From: Octopus vulgaris | Lineage: Eukaryota | DNA: 64,000 nt | NCBI GenBank assembly: GCA_951406725.2 | Contig: OX597828.1 | Span: forward strand, 53,816,001-53,880,000 | Reading direction: 5' to 3' | Part shown: positions 42,667-55,911 of the stretch, in pieces | Position numbering within the stretch: position 1 is the first letter of the stretch | Layout: every line of letters starts with the position of its first letter | Made by a program: the position numbers and the translations under genes | The notes under the pieces: model-generated | Seen by the model: the letters and a program-made list of their open reading frames with translations, nothing else | Databases searched by the model: none | Told to the model about the DNA's origin: nothing

Positions 42667-43523
42667 TCGATGACCCTTCAAAGAGTATCCGGACTGTTGC
42701 CATAGTAACAAAGCTAAAACACGCAGAGTAAAGCTGCTAGGCCCAGATTGACCTTGAACTCTGCTGTGCATGCGCTCCAGGTTTTAACGTTGTAGCTCAC
42801 TTCCGCTGTTTATAGCAGTGCTTGGAAGAAAGGTGTGTAGCGTGTGATCCTCGAATTGACAATGACAGAGCGATACCTGCTCAGAGGCTTATACAAAGTT
42901 GCAGAAAGTATATGGAGAGGAATGTATGAGCCGTACGAGGGGTTCAGATGTTTCCAAGAGGGCCAAAAAAATGTCGATATTGACGAACGTTTTGGAAAGA
43001 CCCGAAACCAGCAGAACTGAGAAAAAAAGTCGCAGAGTACATGTGCGTGTAGCTGTGAGGGGAAATCGTCGAATCATCATCCATGAGTTATAAGGGGATG
43101 TGCAGATTAGTTTCAGTTCAGTTCAGTCCATTATCACTGAAGATTTGGGTATGAGACGCGTGTCTGCCAAGTTTGTGCCAAAACTGCTTTCTGCTGACCA
43201 AAAAGACACTCGGGTTTCAGTAGCACAAGATCTCCTTGACTTAGTCGAGATCGATGAAATCCTTTTGAAAACTTTGCGTAGGCCTCTGAGCAAGTCACAC
43301 CAAACTTTTAGCAAAATTTGATGCAGATTCTCTGCTCAGCTCCACACGCTACACACCTTCCTTCCAAGCATTGCTATAAACAGAGGAAGTGAGCTAGAAC
43401 GTTAAAACTTAGTGAGGTTGCAAAACAGAGTTCAAGATCTCTCTGTGCCAAGCGGCTTTACTCTGCATGCTTTAGCTTCATTACTATGGCAATAGTCCGG
43501 ATACTTATTGATCAGACCACGTA
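42667..43523 (+). mobile_element. Internally deleted mariner with long (~180 bp) inverted termini
   Basis: 42684-42846 and 43342-43505 are reverse-complementary; internal QKVYGEECMSRTR and SVQSIITEDLGMRRVSAKFVPKLL; no catalytic domain. Confidence 0.88.
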
Positions 43524-43555
43524 CTACATTCATTCTTTTACTGTTATATTCTTTT

Positions 43556-43598
<43 letters not shown>

Positions 43599-44118
43599 AC
43601 GCACACGCACACAGACACACACACACACACATACGGTTACCCTCTCTCCCCATTCCTCTAAACCATATAAAGAGTGACTGGTGAAATCAACGGAACACCC
43701 AACCATGCAACCAACAAAAAATTATGTCGGCTATTATTTGAACACCACTTTTGCACTCGTTCTCTCTCTCTCTCTCACACACACACACGCACTCTCTCTC
43801 TCACTCGCTCTCGCGCTCTCTCTTTCCCTCGCTATCTCTCTCTTACATTTACCCTCATTCTCTCTCGCCCTCTCCTATACTTTATCTTTTCTGCATAGTC
43901 TTTATTCTTTTCTCTCTCTGTTTTTGTAGCTTCTCACCTTCTCTTTTGTCCTTAACTCTCATACCTCATCCTCTTCCCCCTCTTTCACATACTAGCACAA
44001 TACTCCGCATACTTCTCTAACATATTGTACCCCACAACACCCGCTAAAAATCTACACATATACATACCTACATAAATACACACCTACACACATAAATGTA
44101 TACAAGCATACACACACA

Positions 44119-44150
<32 letters not shown>

Positions 44151-44245
44151 CGCATTGTATATATGTATGCGAGTGTGTATATGCCTGTGTAAGAGTGTGT
44201 GTGTGTATGATTTGTGTGTGTGGTGCGTATGTGTGTATGTGTGTA

Positions 44246-44286
<41 letters not shown>

Positions 44287-44675
44287 ACTTTTGCCACAAT
44301 GTACGACCACTCCTGCCAAAAGTCCATTTACTCGGCGTCAGAACGCCGCCATCTTGCATCACATTTTCCCGCCTCTTCAGAGTGAATTTTACACTAAACC
44401 AAACTCCCTGGGAATGGGTGCCACTCAACTTCTTTGACAGCTTCCAAGAATTTTCTCAGCTGCTTTTTCATATTCTTTTCTAGCTTTTACAAATTCCTTT
44501 CTCTCTCTCTCCAGACTCTTCTTCTCTCCATCACTTCTCTTTCACTCTGTCCTCGTTTCTACTATTTTTCTTTCTCTCTCTCACTCCACACCCTCTCCCC
44601 TCTCTCCTTCTCTCCTCCTCCCTTTGTCTCTCCTTTTCTATTCGCTCCACACTCTCTCTCGCTCTACACGCTCGC

Positions 44676-44745
<70 letters not shown>

Positions 44746-44760
44746 CTCTCTCTCTCTCTA

Positions 44761-44815
<55 letters not shown>

Positions 44816-44944
44816 TTCTTCCACTATCGTTCCCCTTTCTCGCTTTCCCTTATCTTATTCCATCTATCTTTCACTAACTCTCTCTCATTCTCTCTCTCTC
44901 TCTCGCTCCCTTTCTCCCCCTTCTCTCTCTATCACTCCCTTTCT

Positions 44945-44975
<31 letters not shown>

Positions 44976-45249
44976 TCCGCTCTCTTTTGTCATGCTCCTT
45001 TTTTCCATTTCAATGTTCAAATTTTTAGCAAATTATTAGTCATGGTCCCGTAGCTGAAGCAAAAGATCCACAAGGGCCGGAGAAATTCTTAAATTCAAAC
45101 TTTAGAGGATAAGATCAGAGTTTAATGTTTAAGGAGAATTAAAGGTTTAGGGGATTTTGCCTTTGTTTCTCAATAGAGTCATTTTATTTCTATCAAACTA
45201 GCTCAACACCGAAACATAGAGAACATTTTAAAGCGTTCGTCATTAGAAT

Positions 45250-45578
45250 TAGTTGATAAATGCTTATCAATAGGAATTGAATTGGGTAAGGTCACTGTGA
45301 CCATGGAATAGCACCAAAAAAGTTCCCTTGCGAGACATAAGTCCGGACAAGACCGTTTGTGGAAGAACAGTAGTCGCCCAAGCATACCAGCCTCTCTTTG
45401 AGAAAGGCAAAGGACGATACAGCTTGGCACCAGTGACTTCGTAACTCATTTCTATAGCTGAGTGAACTGGAGCAACATGAAATAAAGTGTCTTGCTCAAG
45501 AACACAACAAAAAGCCTGCTTCAGGAATTTAACTCACACCCTCACGATTGTAAGAGTAATGCTCTAACCACGGAGCCA
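45250..45578 (-). mobile_element. tRNA-derived SINE (family B-related)
   Basis: AGCTGAGTGAACTGGAGCAACATGAAATAAAGTGTCTTGCTCAAGAACACAAC..CTCTAACCAC. Confidence 0.7.
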
Positions 45579-45808
45579 GAAATACAGTTTTTTTTTTAAA
45601 ATTCGTTTGCTTTTATTATAAATTTGGTAAAGAAGCAACAGCAAAGCCAAGGACCTTTGTAGTTCTTTTTCCTAACCTGGTGAGTTTGCTGTCCATCTTT
45701 GGACATCTGACGTTGAGTATCTGCAGAAAATACCACCAAAACGGAAAACAGGCTAGATCCTCATCCAAATTCTTGCAACATATTGAATCCGATCACTTCT
45801 ATAAAGGG

Positions 45809-46010
45809 CAAAAATCCACAAAAACCGTTAGATTCACTTCAGTTAAATTTAAATTGTCAAAATATTTTCGTCACCGCAGCCTGTTTACGGGCAAAATTCT
45901 GTGCTGAACGGAATTTTGTCAGTGAACAGGTCGCGGTTTCAAAGCAGCGAAAACATTTTGACAAATTAAATTTAAATGTTGAAGTGAATCTAAGGGTTTT
46001 CGTGTGTTTT
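45809..46010. repeat. ~200-bp imperfect fold-back (MITE-like)
   Basis: TTAGATTCACTTCA..TTTAA.TTGTCAAAAT.TTTTCG / CGAAAACATTTTGACAAATTAAATTTAAATGTTGAAGTGAATCTAA. Confidence 0.75.
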
Positions 46011-47696
46011 TAAATAGCTTATAAACACCTTCCTCGCTGCAATTGTTTTTGTTTCAGCACAGGATCTCAGATCAGGTCACTTGCTATGCAAGTACATCTC
46101 CGTAATACTGTTTTAAGTATAGAATGGCTAGGGGGTCCAGCAGAATAAAATAAAATCAAACGGGTTCATAGACAAACGAAAAATTGTTGAGAACCCCATG
46201 TGTAAAGCAAATTCTGGGATCTATTTATTCGACTAAACACTTCGAGATGTGGCCCTAGCAAGGCTAATATTGGTGCAGGTGGTGGTGGTGGTGGTGGTGG
46301 TGGTGATAAGAGTAATGATGGTGGTAGCGTTAGGGATGTAGGGGAGTAGGGGAGAGGAATGTAGATGATAGATCTGTTTATGGCTGGGGCATTATTGGTG
46401 CTGTTACTGCCGTTAATGATCATGGTATTGTTGTTGTTTAACCCTCTGTCAGCTCGATTAAGTCAGTCTATGATCAAAAGCATTCCGGCCATGACTACCA
46501 CATATCTTTCGTTCTTCAGATTTAGTGTACCCGGTATTATAGTTATCCAATTAGTTCTTCCTGTCTTCTACGTTTTAGACAGTGATTTCGGAGAGATTTG
46601 GTTGCTATATTTAGCAAGCTGAATTACCGCCCAGTGGCTCCATCATCGTACCAAAGGAATTGTTGTTTAGTGTTTGGTCAACGCTGATGCTCATGACATG
46701 TCACCTGTGACCATTCCGTCTTTTGTTGTTGGTGGTGTTGGTGGTGGTGGTGGTGCTGGTTGTGGAGCGAGATTGATGTACTTGTAGTGGTGGTAATAAT
46801 GATGATGATGACAACGACAACGACAACGACGATGACGGCGAAGACGATGATGATGATGATGATTGTCATGGCGATGTGTTGGTGATGGATAGGATACTGT
46901 TGTTATTGATGCTAGTCACGTTTTGTTGTTGTAGTAATGTTTACAGTGCAGGTTAAACAGACGGTAACGGTGATGGTGGTGGTGGTGGTGGTGGTGGTGG
47001 TGGTGGTGGTGGTGGTGATGGTGGCGGCGGCGGCGGCGGTGGCGGTAGTATAAGTGTTGGTGGTGCTGGTGGTCGTAGAGGTGGCGGTGGCGGCAGCACG
47101 GCGGCGAGGGACACGAAGTAGCGTTAGAGAGATTGCGATGGAGCGGGAATTACTTTGGTGCGAAACCCGACACCCGAAACCAAAGAACTTGGACGTTGTC
47201 ACCCTTTACATCCCCGCCACCACCACTTCCCCACCGATCGCCCTCGTCTGCCGCCCCCACCACCAACATCGCCACGACACACAACTCTCTAAACTGTGGC
47301 CGGCCACCGCCAGCCACCCCTATCGTCTTGTACCCTTAGAGTTCGGGTGGAGCCGTCGTCATCAGAACAGTAGCATTGTCGGAGGACAAAGACTGCAAAT
47401 ATTGACAGAACCTTACAGCAAAAAAAGACGAAGATTTGAGGGGAGTGTGGTGTGGGGAGTGATGGTGGTGGTGGTGGTGGTGGTGGTGGTGGTAGCGGCG
47501 GCGATGGTGGCGTCGGCGGCGGCGATGGTGGTGGAGGCGGCGGTGGTGGCAGCGTAGGTGAAGGAACAGAAGGATGTGTATGTGTTTTGTGTGCCTGTGC
47601 ACTGCATATATATGCAACTATGTGTGTATTACATTATATATATGTGCGTGTGTGTGTATGTATGTATGTATGTATGTATGTATGTATGTATGTATG

Positions 47697-47771
<75 letters not shown>

Positions 47772-47887
47772 CATATAAAATATATATGTAATATTTTTGA
47801 TGACGAAAATAGTAAAATAATATGTATGAGAAAGTGTATGTGTGTCTGCGTGTGCGCGCGCGTGTGTATGTGTCTGTCTGTCTCTGT

Positions 47888-47933
<46 letters not shown>

Positions 47934-48284
47934 AAGCGGTACACAAACAGTGAATGGCGCAGAACACTTAGGTGTGAAATTTCTCGTTTAGCTGCTTTGC
48001 TTGGCTGTACGTGTTGACATTTATGTATATATGTGTGCTTTTACACACACACGCACACACACGCACACACACACACACACATACACACTTACATACATAC
48101 ATGCATTCACGCACACACACACACATACATTCACACACATACATACTTACATGCATACATACACACGCATACACATACACATATTACTATATTTAGCTTC
48201 AATAGTTTGTGTATATATATATGTGTGTGTGTATGAGAGAGTGAGAGGGAAGGTACGTGTAAGTATGAAGATATATGCACCATG

Positions 48285-48316
<32 letters not shown>

Positions 48317-48339
48317 CGTGTGTGTGTATCTATACACAT

Positions 48340-48432
<93 letters not shown>

Positions 48433-48917
48433 TATACACTATGTTTAACTTCAATACATATTTTCAAATAAAATGTGTGTGTGTGTGTGTACACTAGTGC
48501 GTGCGTGGACACATAATCCCAAAGCACAAGGTTTCGATCCTTTGATGGAACCGATATGTCTTCAGTTTCATAGCGGTTACGTTTGATCTCTGTCTATGAT
48601 CGTTAAATCTTTGAAGAAACCCCACGGACCCATTAGGATCATTTCCCTACATGCCATGCCATCTTATATTCCACTGCATGTGCAGCCAACAATAGGTGTC
48701 TACTCTGTCGCGTGATCTGCTAGAAATAGCAGTCAAACGTCCAACTGCCTGTCTGCAGTATCAAAACAGAAGGACACGTTAGACAATGCTGTTCTGGATA
48801 ATCCTAAAACGTTGAAATGGTCACAGAAGATGATGGAGAAGGCACAAAACACAAAAGAAGGGGAAATCGGAGTAACAGGGCTATGTGGGGTGTTAGTTAC
48901 ATGCCAGTGTAGATGTG

Positions 48918-49150
48918 GTGGAGGTGCGTGAATTAGTGGTTAGGATGTTAGACTCATGATCGTAAGAGTTCGATTCCTGGACCAGGCAACCCGTTTTGTT
49001 TTTGAGCAAAACACATATTTTCACGTTGCTCCAGTCTACTCAGCTGGCAAAAGTGAGTAATCCTATGGTGGACTAGCGTCTTGTCCAGGTGGGGAATTTG
49101 TAGGTCATGAAACCGGGAAACCAGCTCTTATGGGACGGTATGACTCGAGA
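48918..49150 (+). mobile_element. tRNA-derived SINE family B
   Basis: GGAGGTGCGTG..TTAGTGGTTAGG..GACTCATGATCGTAAG..GTTCGATTCC. Confidence 0.75.
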
Positions 49151-49159
49151 AGTTAACAG

Positions 49160-49330
49160 TGGTGCGTTTGCAGGCGTTCTCTTGGAGATTGCAGAAGAAG
49201 GACCGTCAAGAACAACGTTGAAGCTACAAAGAAAACATCGAGAAGGCTCTGGATGAAAAGAGGTGACCATTGTGGACGGTAGAGTACTTCTTGGTCCTGG
49301 GTCGGGGCTTAATCAACGTCGGTCAGGTCA
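49160..49330 (+). mobile_element. Hero/NeSL-like non-LTR retrotransposon 3' fragment
   Basis: RRRTVKNNVEATKKTSRRLWMKRG resembles the C-terminal AAE.ASRWLW.KR motif of Hero-clade elements. Confidence 0.5.
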
Positions 49331-49371
49331 TCTCACCACTTTAATTTGAAAACAATATTAACTGCATAAGA

Positions 49372-49940
49372 AAGGCGGCGAGCTGGCAGAAACGTTAGCA
49401 CGCCGGGCGAAATGCTTAGCGGTATTTCGTCTGCCGCTACGTTCTGAGTTCCAATTCCGCCGAGGTCGACTTTGCCTTTCATCCTTTCGGGGTCGATAAA
49501 TTAAGTACCAGTTACGCACTGGGGTCGATATAATCGACTTAATCCATTTGTCTGTCCTTGTTTGTCCTCTCTCTGTTTAGCCCCTTGTGGGTAGCAAAGA
49601 AATAGGTATTTCGTCTGCCGCTAAGTTCTGAGTTCAAATTCTACCGAGGTCGACTTTGCCTTTCATTTGGGGTCGAAAAATTAAGTAACAGTTGCATACT
49701 TGGGTCGATATAATCGACTGGCCTCCTCCCCCAAAATTGGGGTCCCTGTGCCTAGAGCAGAAAAGAATCTTTAGCACGCTGGGCGAAACATGTTGCGGCA
49801 TTTCGTCCGTTATTACGTTCTGAGTTCAAATTCCGTCCGAGGTCGATAAAATAAGTACTAGTTGAGCACTGGGATCGATTTAATCGATTTAGCCCCTCCT
49901 CCGAACTTGCAGGCCTTGTACCAAAATTTGAAACCAATAT
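49372..49940 (+). mobile_element. Dimeric MetaSINE-like family C plus adjacent older copy
   Basis: Near-identical to 26950-27270. Confidence 0.88.
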
Positions 49941-51938
49941 TAATTGCGCATTGCATGATGTTTCGGTAGCCTGTGAATCAAGTCGACAGAGAATGTTCGA
50001 ATACAATACTCAGCATATCTAGTGACTTGGGTATTCGGGTTTTTAATCGTAAAACCGTGGCTTCAATTCCTTGAACGGGTGGAACCTTATTTTTTATCGC
50101 TTTTGGCTGAAACACATTAGTTTAGTTTGTTGCATACAGTCGTTGAACATACAAGAAATTGTTTAATAATTGTTTAATAATCCTCGTTATCTTTGGACTT
50201 GAAAGAAAACAACATATTTTTACCTGCAGAAATTCAAATTTAAGCTGAGAAATGTAGGTTTTAACACGTTCAGTTTTGTAATATCATATATGAACACTTA
50301 AATGTTTGATACCGGAATGAATTTAGAATAGACAGCTGTGTAATAACACGGTTTTTGTAAGCATGTACCAGGATTACAAGAGACAACCATCTCCTTGATA
50401 ATGAACATGGTAGGGTAGTATATACCCAAATATCCTGGTTTTGCTGTTTCAGGTATCTGTGAAGTTGCGAGCTGAAATACATACTCCCTCGGTCATCCTA
50501 TTATTTTCACCCAGCGGCATTCAGGGTGTGGCACTCAGAGGGAGAGCTGCACCACAACTCGGCTGGTACTCATTTATAGCAGAATAAACTGGACCAACAC
50601 AAAATGAAGGACTTTTCTCAACACAAAATGAAGGACTTTTCTCAAAGAAGCAAAACGCCACCCTGGCCCGAGAATTGAACCGATGACATCATGATCGCGA
50701 GTCGAACGTCTTAATCACGAACCACACCAATGTTTAAATTCTCTCATTTCATTCCTAATCGGAGCCATTTCTTTACTAGATGTTGCAGACATGGTGATCA
50801 GCGCCATCTGTAATTAAGATTTGTGAGATGTTGTATTTCATTTTCCAGTTTGAGATGTCGCGTGAGAACTTATAAAAGATAATTCTTCGAAATGGTAATT
50901 TTTCAAAATTCTGACGGTAACCTGTATTTTTGATCACGTGATTATATCAGTTCACCGCGGGAAATATTTTTACTTTTTACGTAAAAATCATTTTACATAT
51001 AAAGCATTAATTAATGAGAATTGCTATTTATTTCAACTTAACAGTAAAACTTTTTCTTGATATGCTAAAATAAATAGCCATTCCCATTAGAATTTCTAAA
51101 AAATAAACAATTCATCATCAAAGAAACTAATTATCTGCTCAGAAAAACAGTAAAATCCAAGGAAAGTTGTGAGAGTGTGCGTCGACCAAATGTATTTTAC
51201 CAACATTTGCGTGGATGCATGTTTATATGTGCCACTTATGATCAAGTTATTACATACAAGAGAATATATATGGTAGGGGCTGAGTGTGTGTGTGTGTGTG
51301 TGTGAATGCGTGTGCGAGCGTGCATGTGTGTCTGCGTTTAAAAACAACCGAGATCGCACATATACACGCCAACATACATCGATGTACATGCACATGCAAA
51401 CATACGCACACGAACACGCGCACATTGCATGTGATATATACATACACACACACACACGCACGCACACACGCACACACACACACATACACACGCACACACA
51501 CATTAATCATCGGGATACTTGAACAGGAAAGAAAACAATTTGACAGAGAAATAAATTGCGTACGCTATGAAAACATGTGTCTGCGCATGTATCTGTGTGT
51601 TTGCCGGTGTGCCTGTATGTGTGCGTATGTGTGTGCTTATGTGTGTCTGTGCGTGTCGGTGTGTCTCTGTGTGTATGTGTGTGCTTGTGTATGTCTGTGA
51701 TTGTGTGTTTGTGTATGTGTCTGCGAGTGTCTGTATGTGTGTGTCTGTGTGTGCGTATGTTTGTGTGTGCGTGTCTGTGTGTGTAAGTGTGTCTGCGTGT
51801 GTGAGTGTATATGTGTGTGTCTGTGTATGTGTCTGTGTATGTGTGTGTCTGTGTGTGTCTGTGTGTGTCCGTGTGTGTCTGTGTGTCTGTCTGTGTGTGT
51901 TTGTGAGTCTGTGCGTGTCTGCGTTTGTGCGTGCGTGC

Positions 51939-51994
<56 letters not shown>

Positions 51995-53272
51995 CTACTG
52001 AAGGTTATTATTTTGAAGCTGGTTTGTTACTGATTAGTTGACTCAACAATGAGATTATAGTCGTATTGACACTGAATTCATGTTTCGTCTAGCAGCTTAT
52101 ATATATATATAAATTAAAAAGGAAAATACACACACTTTACATAGATTTAATATAATTTTTAATATATCGACCGGTTTCCTTTTCGCTATTCATGATATTA
52201 AGGTTTACTTATTTGAATATGTATTTTTTACGAAGAAACTTTTGTCCATGATGCGAAAGCGGTCGATATATTAAAAATTATATTAAAACTATGTAAAGTG
52301 TATGTATTTTCCTTTTTTAATTTCTATTATATATATTACAACACAGTACGTGGGGATAATCGAAATTCCTCCTTTTCTGTTACTACCATATATATATATA
52401 TATCCATCCATCCATCCATACATACATACATACATACATACATACATACATACATACATACATACATACATACATACATACTTACATACAAATATACATA
52501 CAAATATATATGGTTGAAATGATGCAAAAAGTACAAAGACAATAGTCAGACATACTTGAAGAAACAACAAACATGGTGAATGTGTTTGACGCTCAAATGG
52601 AAGAAGAATTTGACGTTTCGCACCTAGGCCCTTCTACATAAAGAAATTATAAAAGAAAACATGTGAAATGGAGAGGAAAGATTTAAGAGAAAAAGAAACA
52701 CATACGAATGTGTGTATATTTATTCTTACTACGAACAGAGTTGGCCAGAGCAAATCAAAACTCATTTAATTCCAAGATTTATTTATGTCTAACAGATGAA
52801 TGAACTTCTCTAATAGACAAATGGTGAAAAAAGACGGTGATTTTCAACTCACAGTATTCAATCATTAAACAATCATAATTGGAATGAATAAATAAAATCG
52901 AATATTAGGTACTTATGGAATTTTGATTTACTGTCGTGTGACTTTTGGCCAACCCTGTATGGGTAGGTTCAGACACAGAATATGCTGGTCACTGTAGACT
53001 ACCTCACAGAAGAATAATTTTCCACTTTTTTTTTTTTTTGAAGAGAATGTATTCAAAACACTTGACTCATTGGCACATGGGATATGTTTCGATATGTTGT
53101 GGCTCGTCAGACAGAAATACCTTCTCGTCGTGAAAGAGAGAAGTTATTTCCCTTTGACATTCAATGCAGCGTCTGGTATACTTTGCATCTGATTCTTCTA
53201 AGACGTCAAAATTGTGAAAGTTTTCATCCCAGATCTCTTTATTTATACACGGTGTAAATAACGAATGCGCGC

Positions 53273-53325
<53 letters not shown>

Positions 53326-53429
53326 CACAAACACATACACACATACACAACGTCGTTCTATAAAAATGTTTAGAATTCAAAAATGAAAAATATTTCAGAT
53401 GACATTCGCTGGGTACATGTATGTATGTG

Positions 53430-53466
<37 letters not shown>

Positions 53467-53483
53467 CTGTGTGTATCACTGTG

Positions 53484-53530
<47 letters not shown>

Positions 53531-53781
53531 GGCTTTTGTAAAAATTCCTTCATGCACGCACAATATTTAAAGAAAGATATTTCTGAAAGTTATTAAGTAC
53601 TATTTCGTTTGACATTCACACTGCAAACTTCTGGTGATACTTTGCGACATTCTGATTATTCTAAATCGTCAAAATTGTGAATAGTTTTCATAAGATCTCT
53701 TTATTTATACACGGTGTAAATAACGAATGCGCGCGCAAACACACACATACACACACATGCACACATACACAAGACACACAT

Positions 53782-53834
<53 letters not shown>

Positions 53835-53835
<1 letters not shown>

Positions 53836-54125
53836 CATAAGGGACTAAAGCCATCTGAATATGGCTAGGGACAGGCAGGGTGGTGGGGGTGTTACTGTTG
53901 CATTTAGCCCCAGGCGAACATCGACGTCACCAGAAAGGCTCGACACCGTCACGGTGTCCTTAACCTGCAAAGGGAGGTAAACCTCCCTTTGCAGGTTAAG
54001 GACACCGTGACGGTGTCGAGCCTTTCTGGTGACGTCGATGTTCGCCTGGGGCTAAATGCAACAGTAACACCCCCACCACCCTGCCCTGTCCCTAGCCATA
54101 TTCAGATGGCTTTAGTCCCTTATGT
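53835..54125. repeat. 291-bp near-perfect palindrome (pLTR-family fold-back) in (TA)n
   Basis: Arms ~145 bp with a 2-nt centre (AGGT-AA-ACCT at 53975-53984); related to 54910 and 61141 elements. Confidence 0.92.
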
Positions 54126-54161
54126 CATCGAGCAGTTACTGTCTATATCTCTTTTAGAGAA

Positions 54162-54226
<65 letters not shown>

Positions 54227-54358
54227 GTATATATATAGAGAGATTTAGATGAATATGGTACTTAAGTTGAGGCACCCGAAAATGAGTACGGTATTATCCA
54301 TACAATTTCAAAATAAGGTGATTAAAATCAAAATAAGCAACAAGGATATCCAGAGGTA

Positions 54359-54447
54359 ATGCAGTACGATCGTTTCATACAACTCCATTTAATTGAACAA
54401 TGCAATCATTACATCAATTTAAAATGTAGAGCAATCTTCAGCTGCAC
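54359..54447 (-). ncRNA. Type I hammerhead ribozyme motif with long stem II
   Basis: GTGCAG-CTGAAGA-[58 nt]-GAAA-CGATCG-TA-CTGCAT; canonical core, palindromic stem III, GUA triplet. Confidence 0.68.
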
Positions 54448-54909
54448 AAAGACATAGAACTTAAGTAAATTAGAACAGATGGACACATTAGTAGAATTAT
54501 ACCTAAAATCTCCAAGAAGTTAAGGAGACAGACAAAGGACATGTTGTACATACAACAGCATAGCCGTAACTCAAAATTTCAAGAAGACACTGCCTGTCAC
54601 TGATTTTTTTGTTTTTTTCTGGGGTCATTTTTAATTTAAGTTTAATCAAATCCCTTGTATATTTAAGGCTGAGAGAAACAGAGGGCAGTATCTGTTTAGG
54701 GTAGGATTGAGGGAGTAGACAGACATTCTAGATAGTATAGTCATAAAAATCAAGATTTATTAGATGCAATGTCATGAGGTTTAGTAAAGGAAAGCTTAAA
54801 ACAAGATGTTAGCTGATAATTAAGGGGTACCCACTAGCAGACTATTATCTTTCACTTGTTTCAGTCATTAGTCTACGGCCATATACAATATATATATATA
54901 TATATATAT

Positions 54910-55154
54910 ATAGAATGGTTGTATACTGTCAATCTAACGTGAACGTGACAGTAGGGGGTTACACCACCGCTGTTTAGCCCTAGGAAGCATCGACGCCTCC
55001 TGATGGCTTTGACACATTTGAAAAATGCTTCCTAGGGCTAAACAGCGGTGGTGTAACCCCCTACTGTCACGTTCACGTTAGATTGACAGTATACAACCAT
55101 TCTATCGCCCCACCACCGTACATATCTCAAGGAGAGATTTAGAAATTTAATATT

Positions 55155-55160
<6 letters not shown>
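54910..55160. repeat. Fold-back (~80-bp arms, 34-nt loop) of the 61.1-kb element family, in (TA)n
   Basis: 54910-54990 is the reverse complement of 55025-55105; shares TTTAGCCCTAGGAAGCATCGACG..GGCTTTGACACATTT with 61250-61298. Confidence 0.88.
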
Positions 55161-55205
<45 letters not shown>

Positions 55206-55571
55206 TTCAGAGATAGTAGGCCCCTTCATCTCACCATATAAAAGAATTTTGAATACTTACTACTTAATAACTTGGCTACACGTGTTTCATGAGGTGCATT
55301 TCCCCGGTTCCTAAACCACACCGTGTTTTTCTGGAACCCCTATATCACTTTCTCATAGTTTAATACTATAAACTATATTTTAATTTTTTTAAACAAATAA
55401 GTATGTATGTGTAAAATAGGTATTTGTGTTTGTCCTCCACCACAGCTTGATAGCTGGCGTTGGTTCGTTAACTCCTACGTAACTTAGATGTTCGGCAAAA
55501 AATATCTATAGAATAAGTAAATCATAGACTTAAGAAAATGAGTATGGAGGTTGATTTTTTTTTTTTTTCGA

Positions 55572-55911
55572 CTGGGGGTTGTCAACCATTTTTTATGGAC
55601 CACACTGCTGGCTATTTTGTTCGACTCCTATAGCCATTCAGTGTCTAAAACTAGTTTTTACAGAAGGTTCTTTTAAAATTCTTATATTCTTTTTCACACA
55701 TCAACTTATGTAGGTTGGACTAAGTAAAATGTCAGAGAAAAAAACTACCGATTTCTTGCAATACATACAAATATATACATCTAAAGTTGAATTTCTTCAG
55801 GGGCCCTTAAAATTGTGGATCCCCAATTTGCTGTTTTGTAGCGTGGATGACCAAGTTTTATATGGACCCCCCCCCACCCAGAGCCATATGGACCCCGGTT
55901 GAGAACCACTG
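55572..55911. mobile_element. hAT/Charlie-type MITE nested in a SINE tail
   Basis: Termini GGGGTTGTCAACC / GGTTGAGAACCACTG; the SINE-A tail resumes at ~56078. Confidence 0.6.

Noticed and set aside
47054-47557. 167-aa ORF over a GC-rich island
   Set aside because: Non-ATG start, ends made of GGT repeats, and no recognisable family; kept only as a possible regulatory island.
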